Notes: generated by a model from the letters alone, not told the origin. A stretch of 63,926 nt of DNA, filler included, from Octopus bimaculoides (GCF_001194135.2; 10 parts of 7 records of this genome joined end to end with filler, not necessarily neighbours in it), one strand, 5' to 3'. Numbered from the whole stretch's first letter, positions 39,690-54,356 are shown. Numbers and translations are program-made.

Positions 39690-40560
39690 AAAAGCTGCAA
39701 TTGAAGAATCAGCGACTGCAGTGACAACAATAGCAAAAACTGCTGTGGCAACAATTGCAGTAGTAACAAGAATTGTAGTCACAACAAAGTAGCAGCAACA
39801 ACTACACGACATCCGTAGCAGCAACAACTGTTGTAGTAACTAGAAGAACAACGATTGCTGTGGTGCAGCAATAATAGCAACAACCACAGTGGTGTCAATA
39901 ATAAGCAGCGTTAACAACAACTGCAATAGTATATAAAGCTGAAGTGTCGCAACTGTAATAGCAACAACTGAAACGATCATAATAAGAATCGCAACATCTC
40001 GGATGTCGCCTACATTCGGTAATAACAGCTGCAGTAGCGAAAATAACAATAGCAACAGTTGCAGTGGCGCAAAAATAATTGCAACAACAGCAGTAGCCAC
40101 GACAACAATAGCAGCATTTTCGGTATCATTCAACTTCAGAAGACAACAATAGCAACATCTTCGATATCAGTGGCAACGACGACGGTATAACAAAAGCAAC
40201 ATTTTCAATCTCATGAACTTGTGCAGCGACAACAGCACCAATGAGAGCAACTGTAGATAAAACAACTGCAGTAACAGCATCTGCATTAGTAAGAACAAAA
40301 GCAAACCAAGTGCAAAAATATTGCGTATTAACTGCAGTTGAAACAACAACTATAATTGCAACAGCAGCAATAAGTACAGTGACAACCAACTGCTGTAATA
40401 CTAAGTGTGCTGCATATCTGCACTAAAAACATTTGCAACAATAACTGCAGTAACATCAAACTGCTTCAACAGAAACATACAATGCAGTCATAGCAATTAC
40501 AAGAACAAAAATGTGCAGCATTTAAGTTTTCAGCAACAGCAACTGTAGCAGTGAAAGATA
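39690..40560. repeat. Cryptic (GCA/ACA/GTA)-rich degenerate trinucleotide tract
   Basis: CAA/GCA periodicity over about 870 bp; no long open frame. Confidence 0.75.
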
Positions 40561-41207
40561 AAAAAAATAAAAGAACAAGAGATATGAGTTTAAATAAATT
40601 ATAAAATATCAAATTACACTCAGACTACAGAAAAATGTTTATCTCTTCTGTTTCATTATCGCTCTCTCTCTCTCTCTCTCNNNNNNNNNNNNNNNNNNNN
40701 NNNNNNNNNNNNNNNNNNNNNNNNNNNNNNNNNNNNNNNNNNNNNNNNNNNNNNNNNNNNNNNNNNNNNNNNNNNNNNNNNNNNNNNNNNNNNNNNNNNN
40801 NNNNNNNNNNNNNNNNNNNNNNNNNNNNNNNNNNNNNNNNNNNNNNNNNNNNNNNNNNNNNNNNNNNNNNNNNNNNNNNNNNNNNNNNNNNNNNNNNNNN
40901 NNNNNNNNNNNNNNNNNNNNNNNNNNNNNNNNNNNNNNNNNNNNATATATATATATATATATATAAATGAATATATAAATATATATACTCACACACAGAT
41001 ATATACATATATGTCTATATAGATATAAATATGTAGATATGTGTATAGCTGTATATATAGCTACACAGATGTGTGTATGTATGCGTGTGTGTGTAATATA
41101 TTTATATATACATTTATATATGTACATATATAGTATGAATATATAAATATATGTATACATTTATATAAATATATTATGTGTGTGTATATATATATATATA
41201 TATACAT

Positions 41208-41252
<45 letters not shown>

Positions 41253-41409
41253 CACATACACACACACGCATATATATAGATAGCATATAAATGTATATAC
41301 ATTTATACAAATATATATGTGGTGGGGTTGTTTATGTATGTATGTATGTGCAGATACATGTTCGCATACACCAACATTTTCAAACAGCTGCGACAACCAC
41401 AAACAGAAC

Positions 41410-42905
41410 TATATATAGACGGAATATTTCAGAATGATAAATTGTCTGTGATTCTGTTCATAGTGGCAGAAAACCTTTTGTCACACCTGTTGAGGAAATA
41501 ACCAAAACTACAGATTAGAGGAAATTTAATGTCATACACACGTTTTGGTTTGTTTCCATTTTGTTTTTACGATGATTTGAAGCTCTATTCAGATAATATT
41601 CACCTCGCCAACTGATATTAAAGCTGGTCACATTTTCACAGGAGATAAGAATGGAGATTGGTCAGGATAAATGTTCATATATGATAACCAATCTGGGAAA
41701 GATTATTAAACAGACAAGAAATATTGATATCAATAAGTCATTCCCCTATGTCCTATGACGAATGTTAGAAGTATTTCGTAATTGATGAGAATTTTCCATA
41801 TATTGATGCTGTGAGCAAAGTTAGAGTGACAAGGGAGTACTTCAGCAGACTTTGGAAGATACGTATATCAGAGCTGTCGACAATCATCAAGACGATATCT
41901 CATAATGCTTCTATAGTACCAGTGCTCGTACCAACATTTGGCACACTAGAATGGATACTTCAAGAGATTCGAAACTTGAGCATCAAACTCGGGAAGATTT
42001 AAACTACTATGTGTAAAATCCAACTCAATAGTAACAATGACAAGATCTAGAATGGAGTCAGGATCATACAGTCAGTCCAAAAGACTGCATCGTGTCACTC
42101 CGCCAACTCACACTGAACATTAACGGGAGAAATAAACACGCGAACTCAACAGTGAAAAATAATATCTCGAGAGCAAATGAATGATTGAACTAGTATTCTG
42201 AATGTACAGCTGTTCAATGTAGTCCAAATTTAGCAAGACTAACCTACTCAAGCAGTAGCTTGGGGGAAGAAACATCCATCTTATCAGCAAGAATTTATGC
42301 ATGGGTAGAAATCCCACCATACAGAGAAACCAAAAGTATTTGACAGGAAAAGTGGCTTCTCCTGAACTTGTGACACAGATCAAATTTCACTAAGAATGAT
42401 ACACTTTCGCTATTCAGACTCAGGAGAAAGCCACTAAATACCTTACCAATAAGAAAGATAAGGATGCTTCTAAATTTTTACATTGTGATAGAAAATATTG
42501 TGCCAAACTAGTGCAAAATATATCAACGTCATAAGCAGCTGTTCAAAAATGTCTACAAATTACTACTTTGCCATATTTTCAATAGTATCCACACATACCT
42601 TTAAAAATAAGGAATACTTTCAATAACAACTTCAATTCAGTACAAACACAACAAACCTTACACTGTTCTATGAGCAAGAAGGAAACATTCATGACGAACT
42701 AATATGAAACTTAAAATACTTATTCCCAGACTATAATTCCGCAGTTGTAACGATTGTTATAGGTACACTAGGTTCTCTAACAACTGATTTGCCAAAAAGC
42801 CTGGAAATGCTTGATTTTCCCAAGGTGCAACGCAGCAAGTTAATTCATGCCCCTCCCCTCCCATTCTAATTGACTAGTGATACAGTAAAGGTTTATAAAA
42901 TATTT
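41410..42905 (+). mobile_element. Highly decayed R4-like LINE (second family), RT C-half to RLE
   Basis: GIFQNDKLSVILF, FYDDLKLYS, VRVTREYFSRLWKIRISEL..VPVLVPTFG, LFPDYNSAVVTIVIGTLG (homologous to 21439-21717). Confidence 0.75.
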
Positions 42906-43029
42906 TCAGAAATTCTGTTTCAGTTTCCTCGAATGAATATATTCACACAGTCATGGATGCATATGCCATGTACATGAACATGTGTGTGAACTAAAGATGT
43001 ATGTGTAACCATTACGTTATTGCAAGTAT

Positions 43030-43368
43030 GTTGTTGTTGTTGTTGTTGGCACTCCGTCGCTTACGACGTCGAGGGTTCCAGTTGATCCGATCAACGGAAC
43101 AGCCTGCTCGTGAAATTAACGTGCAAGAGGCTGAGCACTCCACAGACACGTGTACCCTTAACGTAGTTCTCGGGGATATTCAGCGTGACACAGTGTGACA
43201 AGGCTGACCCTTTGAATTACAGGCACAACAGAAACGGGAAGTAAGAGTGAGAGAAAGTTGTGGCGAAAGAGTACAGCAGGGTTCACCACCATCCCCTGCC
43301 GGAGCCTCGTGGAGCTTTAGGTGTTTTCGCTCAATAAACACTCACAACGCCCGGTCTGGGACTCGAAA
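43030..43368 (-). mobile_element. SINE family C, 5'-truncated, (CAA)n tail, 12-bp TSD
   Basis: Highly similar to 61889-62280; TATTGCAAGTAT at 43018-43029 and 43369-43380. Confidence 0.9.
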
Positions 43369-43908
43369 TATTGCAAGTATATTCATACTTAAACCGATAT
43401 ATATGCACATATTACACAGGTACAAATTTATAAAACTGTCTTCACAAATAAAAAGTGCAAAGAAATAATACAGATCACAATAGAAAATCATACATACACG
43501 CACAGATACATAAATACACATAAATATGTGATTGGATCCTCCCTCGGTTTTGATTATGGTTTTTCTGATTGTTCAATCGATTGAACTTGCCTAATTAGCG
43601 TGTGTGCAGTTAAGTATCTCAAAGACATCTAAACTTACTACAATCTTCAAGCACAGTAAGAGTATGTAACAATTCGGCCCATTACATGAGAGATAGAGTC
43701 CATTCGACCAGCTTCCACAATTTTTATCTACTAAATTCCACGCAAAAGGCTTAGCTAAACTTGAGGCTAAGCTGAAGACGCATAAGATGGGAAGATGTTA
43801 CAAAGGAGTCGAACTTGAAACCTCATGACTGCAGAACAAACGCCATAACTATAGATTAATATTTTCACCTGTGCGTACGAAAATACAAACTTACGTACAC
43901 ACACACAT

Positions 43909-43966
<58 letters not shown>

Positions 43967-44084
43967 GCATATTTGAGTGTGGGTCCCTATACACTGTATG
44001 AATATATACATATATACACGCAGGAGGTTATTCTGATTCATGATCATCTGGTAATGGTGAGCGTCGCACGGAGTGGTGTCTTGA

Positions 44085-44327
<243 letters not shown>

Positions 44328-45886
44328 TGTTTCAATCAATATGCTTTATTCTAAACTGACTCAATTCATCAAATTTTCAAGAATAAGTGAAAGAAACCTC
44401 CGGAAATGATACCTGCCAGTGATTACCGTTCTTTGCAAAGATAAAAACTAAGCAGAAGACCAATGAACCGTTGATATCGGTGAAAGCATTAATTTAGCTA
44501 CTATTGTGAGCCTACCAACAGCGCCAAAGCTTTTCAATAACATGTTTGCGAATTCATGTGGTTTTGTAGAAAGAACAGAACAAAAGCCGGCAATTTCGTT
44601 GTCATCTAATGAAGTAAATGATTCGATGAGTGCATAGACAACTAAGTCGAAAGTTAATCTTCGTCCAAATAACAAAAATATATAGTAAAGGCGTTGCTGG
44701 TTTCTGTAACGTTAAATAGATGAACGGTAAGCCTCTTCGTCTATGATACCCTAACATATTGCGGATAGTTTCAGTTTTTGTCTGCCGTAGGTGGAATTGA
44801 GTAATGAAAAGTACTGTGGCGAATCACTCGTCCTTTCCATGGAGCTTCTTGTGCAGCTGTAAAATATATAATGCACGCTTTAGCTAAGTGGACCTAGGAC
44901 GCTGGGAATTAGATGTATGAATCACAGATGCAAATTAATGCTGATAGTGACGAAATACTGTCCCTACCAACTACCTATGTTCGTCTAAATCGGTTGAGTG
45001 CAGATTCAAACATCTAAATAATCTAAACACATGAATAAAGAACTATACACGAGTAAATATTCTAATATTCTCCCAGACATTCATTAGTGAATGACAATTC
45101 ATGAGTAAAGAAATTTCTAATTCAGACACATTTAACGACTTGTTGCAAACGACAGTGTGCAACACTTGGAGCGAAGACAATTTTATTCGCGAACCAATTC
45201 TTACACGTTGAGAGATCAGTGGTTAATTATACTTTCTAACATGTAGTAATAGTTATAATTAAGTTTGTGCATATAAACTTGCTCAGTTTTGCTGTGAAGT
45301 TTAAATTAGGTGGAAACCCAAGTTATTGACAACACGTGAAAAGACAACAGACTGCCGCGATTTTGTTCACTTTCGTATTACTTCTGGTTTAGTATGCCAG
45401 ACACATTCTCTGGGCATTTACACAAATTTCAAGCACCATTTGTTGTTAATTTTCGTAATTATTTTTGACATTTGCCGATATGCAGATAACATTTGCTGTA
45501 AACTTCTTGAATGTTTACAAATAAAGGAAGGCTTCTATGGGAATTAACAAATTCTATTGAAAGGAACATTGTGCAATAGAATCCAAACGAACGTTAATAA
45601 GCAAAATAGTAATGTTAATAATGATTTTTTTTTTTTACATTGGTACTAGGCCACATACTTTTTTCGCGGAAGATAATATTTCTTCAGGGACTTGATATAA
45701 TATTCTGATTCCTTTTGAATATATAGAAGGATAATTTTTTACAATGGAGATGTTTTAGCTGATTGGATCAATAGCACAATATTACTGCTACTTATTTCAT
45801 CGATACACAAAGATAAAAATGTATGTCGCCACTATTGTATATTTATGTGTGTCGACATACTTATGTATGTACATCTTAGTGTTGAC

Positions 45887-45921
<35 letters not shown>

Positions 45922-45971
45922 CGTATGTATGCATGTATGTATACGCGAGACGGATGGACAGACAGGCAGGC

Positions 45972-46039
<68 letters not shown>

Positions 46040-48089
46040 GGGAAAAAGATAATGTTAACGCAAAACGCTTGGAATTTAATCCGAATATGTCCTAAGATAG
46101 CACAGTTGCGCACAGAGCTACTAAACTGCGTTATGATACACGTCTAATCATTCCTCAAACACACACACACACGCATATTCACACGCATATATAAATATAT
46201 TTATACATACACAAACACACTCACACACATTTTGAAATCAACTGCCTTCAAAACTACTTACTGAAATGAAAGTAACCTCCCAGTTCTGATCTCGAAAAGT
46301 AGCATTAGCGCCACACTCAGACAAATGAGACTAATAGTGTTTGACAAACGTATATATATAACGTGCATACATAAACAGGTACATAGCATTCATGCTTATA
46401 AATATTCATATCAAGTAAACACGCAAATACATACATACATACATACATACATACGGTTATATTATTAAGTGCTTAAGCTATTGTCTTGAGCAGCCGGAGG
46501 TCTCTAGAAAAGACAGAGGCCATCGGATATGTGTTCTAAAAATTCAGTGAAAGCGAGCAAAACATTTCTGAAATACATCATGTGGATCTTAAATATATAA
46601 ACATGGGGGTAGGGTTATGAGCGTGTAGGGTACATTTAAAAAAAAGTATACACGTAGGACACAATTACTCAACTACCTATGAAGATATTATATAACAACA
46701 CTTTCTAAATGACCATTTTCAATTCAGTATCTGTCAAAAACCTGCAGTTTGCGTGAAGGATTGAAGCAGCACTTGAACATTCATAATAGGTGAATGGAAA
46801 ATGGAGCCAATGATGAAATGAAACAGTGCTGCACTATACGCGATCAGCTCTTCTAACGCCTTTCCGGGCTCAAAAGTTATCTAAGATCTCGTGCTGGGAA
46901 ACAGCAATAACATAAGAAGTCAAGATCTTACAAGGAGCAGCCAGCCACCATGTAACTACCTCCCTCTATTCATAGATGTATGAATGCTATACGTTTACAT
47001 GTGTTGACGTCATGATAGAGAAGTCTATAATTCATTAGGTATGGATACCACTGAAACTACAGTCTTCCTGTATTTATACCTAGAGTAAATCAACTTGGTA
47101 AGGCCCATCCCTTAACCAAAAAAAAATCCATGAGTTTAACTCAGTACAGGATGCAAACAAAGCACTTGTCAAATTAACAGGAGCTAGCATTAGGTTGAAC
47201 TATGCTCACTCAGTAACCGCTGTCAAGATTTAAGGGGAAACAGTTGGGCAAAGTCTACAGGATATGTACTTGCGATCTACAACAGCACATCTATTGAAGA
47301 AAATATATAAAATATTGAATAATATAATAAATTATATATGATATATATAATTTACTTCGGATGTACAAAATTGTTGTTTTTATTTTAGTTTTGGTTTTTT
47401 TTTTGGGGGGGGGTTGTTTTTTGCATACGTAGAAGAACTAGTCAAAGAAAGAATGACAACACCAATGATCTTACCTAAGAATCTTAATTGAGACTTAAGT
47501 AATACTCTAAGTCTAATGTGAAAATAAAGAGAAACTGCGACTAATCTGATGCAGTCAATCTCACGGGCATACAGCTTCTGCATATTTGATTTAACGGAGA
47601 AGGCTTCGACCGACCTAAGGTTATAGAAGAAAACGACTATGTTGTTACACAGTTAAATCGAACGCGCAACTTCTTAAATACACAACTGCATATGCATCTA
47701 TGTGCGTTAGTGAGGCTAAAAACCAAACATTGTATGTACACACACAAATATAAGATTTCTAATGAACTGGAACAAAGCTAACCATTTATAGAAGAAGGTG
47801 ATATAGCAAGGTAGTCTATGCCCTTACGTATGTCGGCGACTAAGAATATGACTTGAATTATTGAATGTGAGATTAATCTCAACTCATTAAAAAATACGAA
47901 TGTCAAGAATGATGCCATAATTTACAGACAAGATATTTCAATGACAGACAGTTTGCAAATGAATCACATAATACCTGGAAATTTGCCATATATATATATA
48001 CACATGCATACACCACACACACATACACACGCACACACATACACACATACACACACACACATACACATATTCCTTTTGTTCTTTTATTT

Positions 48090-48484
48090 ATTTACTTGTT
48101 TCAGTTATTTGACTGTGGCCATGCAGGGGCACCGCCTTTAGTCGAACAAATCGACCCCAGGACTCATTCTTTGTAAGACTAGTACTTACTCTACCGTCCC
48201 TTTTGCCGAAACGCTAAGTTACGGGGACGTAAACATACCAACATCGGTTGTCAAGCGATGGTGGGGGGACAAACGCAGACACACACACACGTATTATATA
48301 TATAGATAAATATATATACACGATGGNNNNNNNNNNNNNNNNNNNNNNNNNNNNNNNNNNNNNNNNNNNNNNNNNNNNNNNNNNNNNNNNNNNNNNNNNN
48401 NNNNNNNNNNNNNNNNNNNNNNNNNNNNNNNNNNNNNNNNNNNNNNNNNNNNNNNNNNNNNNNNNNNNNNNNNNNNTATATATG

Positions 48485-48522
<38 letters not shown>

Positions 48523-48672
48523 CGTCGTGTTTCTTTTAGTTTCTTTCTACCAAATCCACCCACAAGGCTTTGGTCCGAGGCTATAGCAGGAGGCATTTGC
48601 CCAAGGTGCCAAGCAGTGGGACTGAACCCGGAACCATGTGGTTGAGAAGAAAGCTTCTTACCACACAGCCAT
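48090..48672 (-). mobile_element. SINE family A spanning an N gap
   Basis: Tail at 48090-48290, head at 48525-48672. Confidence 0.8.
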
Positions 48673-49248
48673 ACATATATATTTAAAAACCGATGAACGT
48701 TTGTGTTTACAAACTACGAAAAATGTACTCAATATCTAAAATAGACGACATCTATTTTATCAGAAAGTTCAACCTTCTTCTGTCGTAAATATGGGTTTCA
48801 CGATACCGATTTTCCAAACGACTGAAGTAGGCAAGCAGCGTGACAATACAGATGCAAAAATATTCGTACATTCGATATGATTATGCTGAAAACACTTTTG
48901 AAAATCTCTTACATGTTTCTTTAATTGTGAAACGCAGAACAAAACACACGTAAAACAACATGCAAAAGTATGTAATATTCTCATGTCTTCAGTATCATAC
49001 GTGTAAAACGTAAAAAAGCTAATGTTAATGACGTTTGAGTGTTAATTATATTAAAATTGTCTTTTATTTCATGATTTGACTAACTCTCATGGTACAGCAT
49101 GAAGAAGATAAAGTAATTAAGCTAACAAATGGTCGGAAATCTCTCCAAAATACACAATGGAAGTTATTTAAGATTTTACCAACTTCGATCATTTGTACAG
49201 AGACGAATATTTGGGAATGGAACGATTGATTTTATAACTGTTACTATT

Positions 49249-49334
<86 letters not shown>

Positions 49335-49459
49335 TAATGAGAAATAATATATATGCAGATATATATAACATCATACAAATACTAAATAGCTAGATACATG
49401 TACCTATATGCACATATATATATACATGCACGTACCTAGATACATATATATGCACATAT

Positions 49460-49581
49460 ATACCACTGCGTGTTTTCTACTATAGCCTCGGGCTGACCAA
49501 AGACTTGTGAGTGGATTTGGTAGACAGAAACTGAAAGAGACCCGTCGAATATACATGTGTATGTGTGTCTGCGTGTGTGTT

Positions 49582-49615
<34 letters not shown>

Positions 49616-49865
49616 TGTGTGTGTGTTTGTGGCGTGTGAGTGTGTATGTGTGTGCTTGTGTCTCTGTGTTTGTCACCCCACCATCGCTTGGCAACCGATA
49701 CTGGTGTGTTCACGCCGCCGTAGAATAGCGGTTCGGTATACCTGACCGATAGAATAAGTACTAGTCTTACAAAGAATGAGTCTTGGGGTCGATTTGTTCG
49801 ACTAAAGGCGGTGCTCCAGCATGGCTGCAATCAAATGACAAACAAATAAAAGAGTAAAAGAGTAT
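49460..49865 (+). mobile_element. SINE family A (head truncated) with internal (TG)n
   Basis: CTACTATAGCCTCGGG..GAAACTGAAAGAGACCCGTCG..GGCGGTGCTCCAGCATGGC. Confidence 0.85.
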
Positions 49866-49886
49866 ATGTATACATGCAATCACATG

Positions 49887-49925
<39 letters not shown>

Positions 49926-49977
49926 CACACATAACCATATATATATATACGTATATACATTACACACAGGTACATTA

Positions 49978-50028
<51 letters not shown>

Positions 50029-50361
50029 CATTACACACATACACATACATACATATACTTACACATACACCCATACATTTACATACACATATACACAGAT
50101 ATGTAGGTATGATTGTGTATGGTGTTGGTCATGGGTTTCCGTCATTCGTAATTGATAAATCAGTTCTTTCATTGAATTAATTACGTGTTACTGGATTAAA
50201 GTGTAATTAGCAGACACGTTTAGCCTTAATATTATTATCTCTGGCAGAAACAGCGTGGCAGAGTGTGTAGTATGTTTGTCACTTATGAATAAGAAGAAAA
50301 ATGCAGGTGAGTATATGTGTGTATGTATATATGTATGTGTGTATGTACACACGTACGCACA

Positions 50362-50429
<68 letters not shown>

Positions 50430-50449
50430 ACAGAAAAGCTTGCACTTAC

Positions 50450-50490
50450 CCGAACTTCACACCCGTCCGGTCTAGAGTAAGGAACAGGTA
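50450..50490 (-). CDS. Candidate internal exon (phase 1 to 0) PVPYSRPDGCEVR
   Basis: TTGCAG acceptor, perfect GTAAGT donor, open frame; GC dipeptide fits SVWC spacing. Confidence 0.35.
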
Positions 50491-50650
50491 CTGCAATACC
50501 ATGCAGAATCAAAAGCCCTTACCGATTTAATATATTGTCAAAACAACCTGTCAGATCTAGGTCGGATGGAGGAAGGGGTAATCAAGTACCAACATGACCG
50601 TCTGTTCTCCAAGATCCCACATGAACCTGCATAACGGCAAGAAACTCAAC

Positions 50651-50711
50651 TCAACAGGGGGTAGCAATGTCGAACTCCCTCCTTCATAAAAAGCCAAGTA
50701 CATGCGAATGG
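50651..50711 (-). CDS. Candidate internal exon (phase 0 to 1) PFACTWLFMKEGVRHCYPLL
   Basis: TTACTTTTTCAATAG acceptor; weak GTTGAG donor; phases bridge 51725 and 50490. Confidence 0.25.
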
Positions 50712-51001
50712 CTATTGAAAAAGTAACAATACAGGTGATACCACCATATGGCAACAGCCTTTTCGCTGAGAACCATGTTATACGTGAGTATACCTGTGTG
50801 GGGGGAGTGGTGTGGGGGGGTGTATACAAGAATACAAATATATACAAATATATGCATATATATGTATGTATATATACATATATGCAACATATATATATAT
50901 ATATATATATATACATACACACATATACATAAATATATGCGTATACACATATAGACACACACACACGCACACATATATGTATACATATATATATATATAT
51001 A

Positions 51002-51101
51002 NNNNNNNNNNNNNNNNNNNNNNNNNNNNNNNNNNNNNNNNNNNNTTAATTAATTAANNNNNNNNNNNNNNNNNNNNNNNNNNNNNNNNNNNNNNNNNNN
51101 N
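51002..51101. other. Artificial assembly join
   Basis: 44N-TTAATTAATTAA-44N. Confidence 0.97.
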
Positions 51102-51724
51102 CTGTAGTTATGTTTTTAATTATAAATATTATTGGTTTCCTTCCTGGAAGTATTTTTTAAAAAAAATTTTCCTTAGTTACTTTTTTTTTTATGTGATTTT
51201 AATTTTTTTTAATGAATTTTTGTATGGTAACCATTATTATTATTATTATCAGCGTTATTGTTCTCGTTGCTTTTGTAGTAACTATTATTTTACCTGCCCC
51301 TGTCACTCAAGGAAAGAATAAAAATCAAGACAAAACAAAGCAAAACACAAAACCAAAATTCGTTAAAATCATACAATATCTTAATACGCTGTATGTTTAC
51401 ATCCTTTTAAAATAGTTTTCATGCTTTAATTCTTATTTATTTATGTTACTTATAATCAATCTGTCTATATATTTTTCGCAACATTTCTTCTTCTACTAAT
51501 GTAATTGCCTGTATATGAATAAGTGAGGTTGATATTAGCGTTTCTTTAGACTTTTCCTCGTCGTGTTAACATTGTTTCTTTACAAGTAACCAGGTATTAT
51601 AATAAAATACACGCAGTGTTTCTTATTTGTTTTATTTTCAGTATTCACGCATTTATTTTTATGCCTGCATTTTCTTATTTCGTTTCATTCAGTTCTGTTA
51701 AATTGCAACTATGAGTATTATTAC

Positions 51725-51777
51725 TTGACACGGATCTTGGTCTCTTTTGTGTAAGATTGTTCCAACCATCTTACACT
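51725..51777 (-). CDS. Probable internal exon (phase 1 to 0) ECKMVGTILHKRDQDPCQ of a secreted Cys-rich protein
   Basis: TTTATTCATTTCTGTAG acceptor, GTAATA donor, 53 nt open; phase matches the 55417 donor. Confidence 0.5.
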
Positions 51778-51826
51778 CTACAGAAATGAATAAACTCACA
51801 AACAGACGCACACGTACATAAGCACA

Positions 51827-51869
<43 letters not shown>

Positions 51870-53524
51870 NNNNNNNNNNNNNNNNNNNNNNNNNNNNNNN
51901 NNNNNNNNNNNNNNNNNNNNNNNNNNNNNNNNNNNNNNNNNNNNNNNNNNNNNNNNNNNNNNNNNNNNNNNNNNNNNNNNNNNNNNNNNNNNNNNNNNNN
52001 NNNNNNNNNNNNNNNNNNNNNNNNNNNNNNNNNNNNNNNNNNNNNNNNNNNNNNNNNNNNNNNNNNNNNNNNNNNNNNNNNNNNNNNNNNNNNNNNNNNN
52101 NNNNNNNNNNNNNNNNNNNNNNNNNNNNNNNNNNNNNNNNNNNNNNNNNNNNNNNNNNNNNNNNNNNNNNNNNNNNNNNNNNNNNNNNNNNNNNNNNNNN
52201 NNNNNNNNNNNNNNNNNNNNNNNNNNNNNNNNNNNNNNNNNNNNNNNNNNNNNNNNNNNNNNNNNNNNNNNNNNNNNNNNNNNNNNNNNNNNNNNNNNNN
52301 NNNNNNNNNNNNNNNNNNNNNNNNNNNNNNNNNNNNNNNNNNNNNNNNNNNNNNNNNNNNNNNNNNNNNNNNNNNNNNNNNNNNNNNNNNNNNNNNNNNN
52401 NNNNNNNNNNNNNNNNNNNNNNNNNNNNNNNNNNNNNNNNNNNNNNNNNNNNNNNNNNNNNNNNNNNNNNNNNNNNNNNNNNNNNNNNNNNNNNNNNNNN
52501 NNNNNNNNNNNNNNNNNNNNNNNNNNNNNNNNNNNNNNNNNNNNNNNNNNNNNNNNNNNNNNNNNNNNNNNNNNNNNNNNNNNNNNNNNNNNNNNNNNNN
52601 NNNNNNNNNNNNNNNNNNNNNNNNNNNNNNNNNNNNNNNNNNNNNNNNNNNNNNNNNNNNNNNNNNNNNNNNNNNNNNNNNNNNNNNNNNNNNNNNNNNN
52701 NNNNNNNNNNNNNNNNNNNNNNNNNNNNNNNNNNNNNNNNNNNNNNNNNNNNNNNNNNNNNNNNNNNNNNNNNNNNNNNNNNNNNNNNNNNNNNNNNNNN
52801 NNNNNNNNNNNNNNNNNNNNNNNNNNCGATCTTATATATATATGTATATGCAGGTAACGCATGATCAAATGAAACGCAAGAAAATAGAAAGAAATATCAA
52901 TGAAAACAATGGACAAGATTACAAACTAAATATAATTAGGATGTGGCGATTAAGAATAGAAGGGACTTTGACACTTCGGAGAATTTATTTTTGTCAATAT
53001 TGGGGAAACAATAGGAAGAAATGTATTGCGATCAGAAATGCAATTTGTTTGGTGGTAATCAGTAAGCGAGTAAAAATTTAACTAAAGAAGTTAGTTTCCA
53101 GCAGAGAAGAGTGAGGGTGCAATACGATTTATTAGTATAACAGAGGTGCTTATGTGTGTGAGAGCGTACGAATGATAACGTTATACAGTGTGAGCACGAA
53201 TTTGTGTCCGGGCAAGATTGGCTATGCACTAGAAGAGCGTAATTGCATAGCTGTATCGATAAAGCAACATGTTAGAGAGTGAGATGATCATCGTGCTGTT
53301 CTTTATGCGTGTGGTTTACGGTTGATGGATAATGACTGAGGTAAATATACATATATATATATATATGTATATATCTACATACGTGCATGTATATGTATGC
53401 ATGTATGTATGTATGTATGTGGAAACAGGAAAAGTTGTCAGTGTAGACGGTCTTTAATTCATAATCCAGGTTGGTACAGAACCAATGTACATTCTACAAA
53501 TTGTTTCAGTCTAATTATATACAT

Positions 53525-53564
<40 letters not shown>

Positions 53565-53829
53565 ATGTGTGTGTGTATATAAGTATGTGTGTGCGTGTGT
53601 ATTCTGAGAAAGAGCGAGTATGTTTGTGACACCGTTTCTCTGTTTGTTTGCGCGCGTGTGTGTATGTGATTGTGCGCGTGTGCGCACGTGCATGTATGTG
53701 TTTTGTATGAGAATAGTGGGTTATTAAGCAAAAATGGTTCTTAAATTAATTTCTGTAATCAGAAGGGAGAAATAGTTAGAAATTACATGACAAGATGTGA
53801 AATTATAACCATATATATATATATATATA

Positions 53830-53929
53830 NNNNNNNNNNNNNNNNNNNNNNNNNNNNNNNNNNNNNNNNNNNNTTAATTAATTAANNNNNNNNNNNNNNN
53901 NNNNNNNNNNNNNNNNNNNNNNNNNNNNN
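53830..53929. other. Artificial assembly join
   Basis: 44N-TTAATTAATTAA-44N. Confidence 0.97.
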
Positions 53930-54350
53930 CCACAGGCTTGTGAATAGATTTTGTAGGCAGGGCCGGCTCATGGTACCGGCAACTTGGGCAGTCGCCCGGG
54001 GCGCCATGTGCTAGGGGGCGCCAAGGAGAGTGTGACAAAGACAGGGAAATTTCCATGACCATCAGCTCGTATATACCAACGTTTAGCTTGTCCGGGGCCC
54101 CACGAACCCTAGGGCTAGCCCTGATGGTAGGCGGAAACTGAAAGAAGCCAGTAGCGTACTTATATATGCGTGAGTGAGTGAGTGAGTGAGTGAGTGAGTG
54201 AGCGAGTTTATGATTGTCCCACACAACTGCTGGACGACTGGTTTGCTTACATTACCGTAAATTAACGGTTTGACAAACAAAGATTCGATACAATAAGTAG
54301 CAGGCTTAAAGAAAACTAGATGCTGGAATCAATTTGTTTGACTAAACGTT
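53930..54350 (+). mobile_element. SINE family A interrupted by a MITE; internal (GAGT)n tract
   Basis: Family A sequence on both sides of 53958-54123. Confidence 0.7.
53958..54123. mobile_element. GC-rich hAT-type MITE (166 bp)
   Basis: CAGGGC..GCCCTG termini; imperfect 8-bp TSD TTTGTAGG/ATGGTAGG. Confidence 0.7.
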
Positions 54351-54356
54351 CAAAGC

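Noticed and set aside
50249-50307. Plus-strand exon-like segment NSVAECVVCLSLMNKKKNA with GTGAGT donor
   Set aside because: Donor coincides with the start of a microsatellite; no partner exons or recognisable domain
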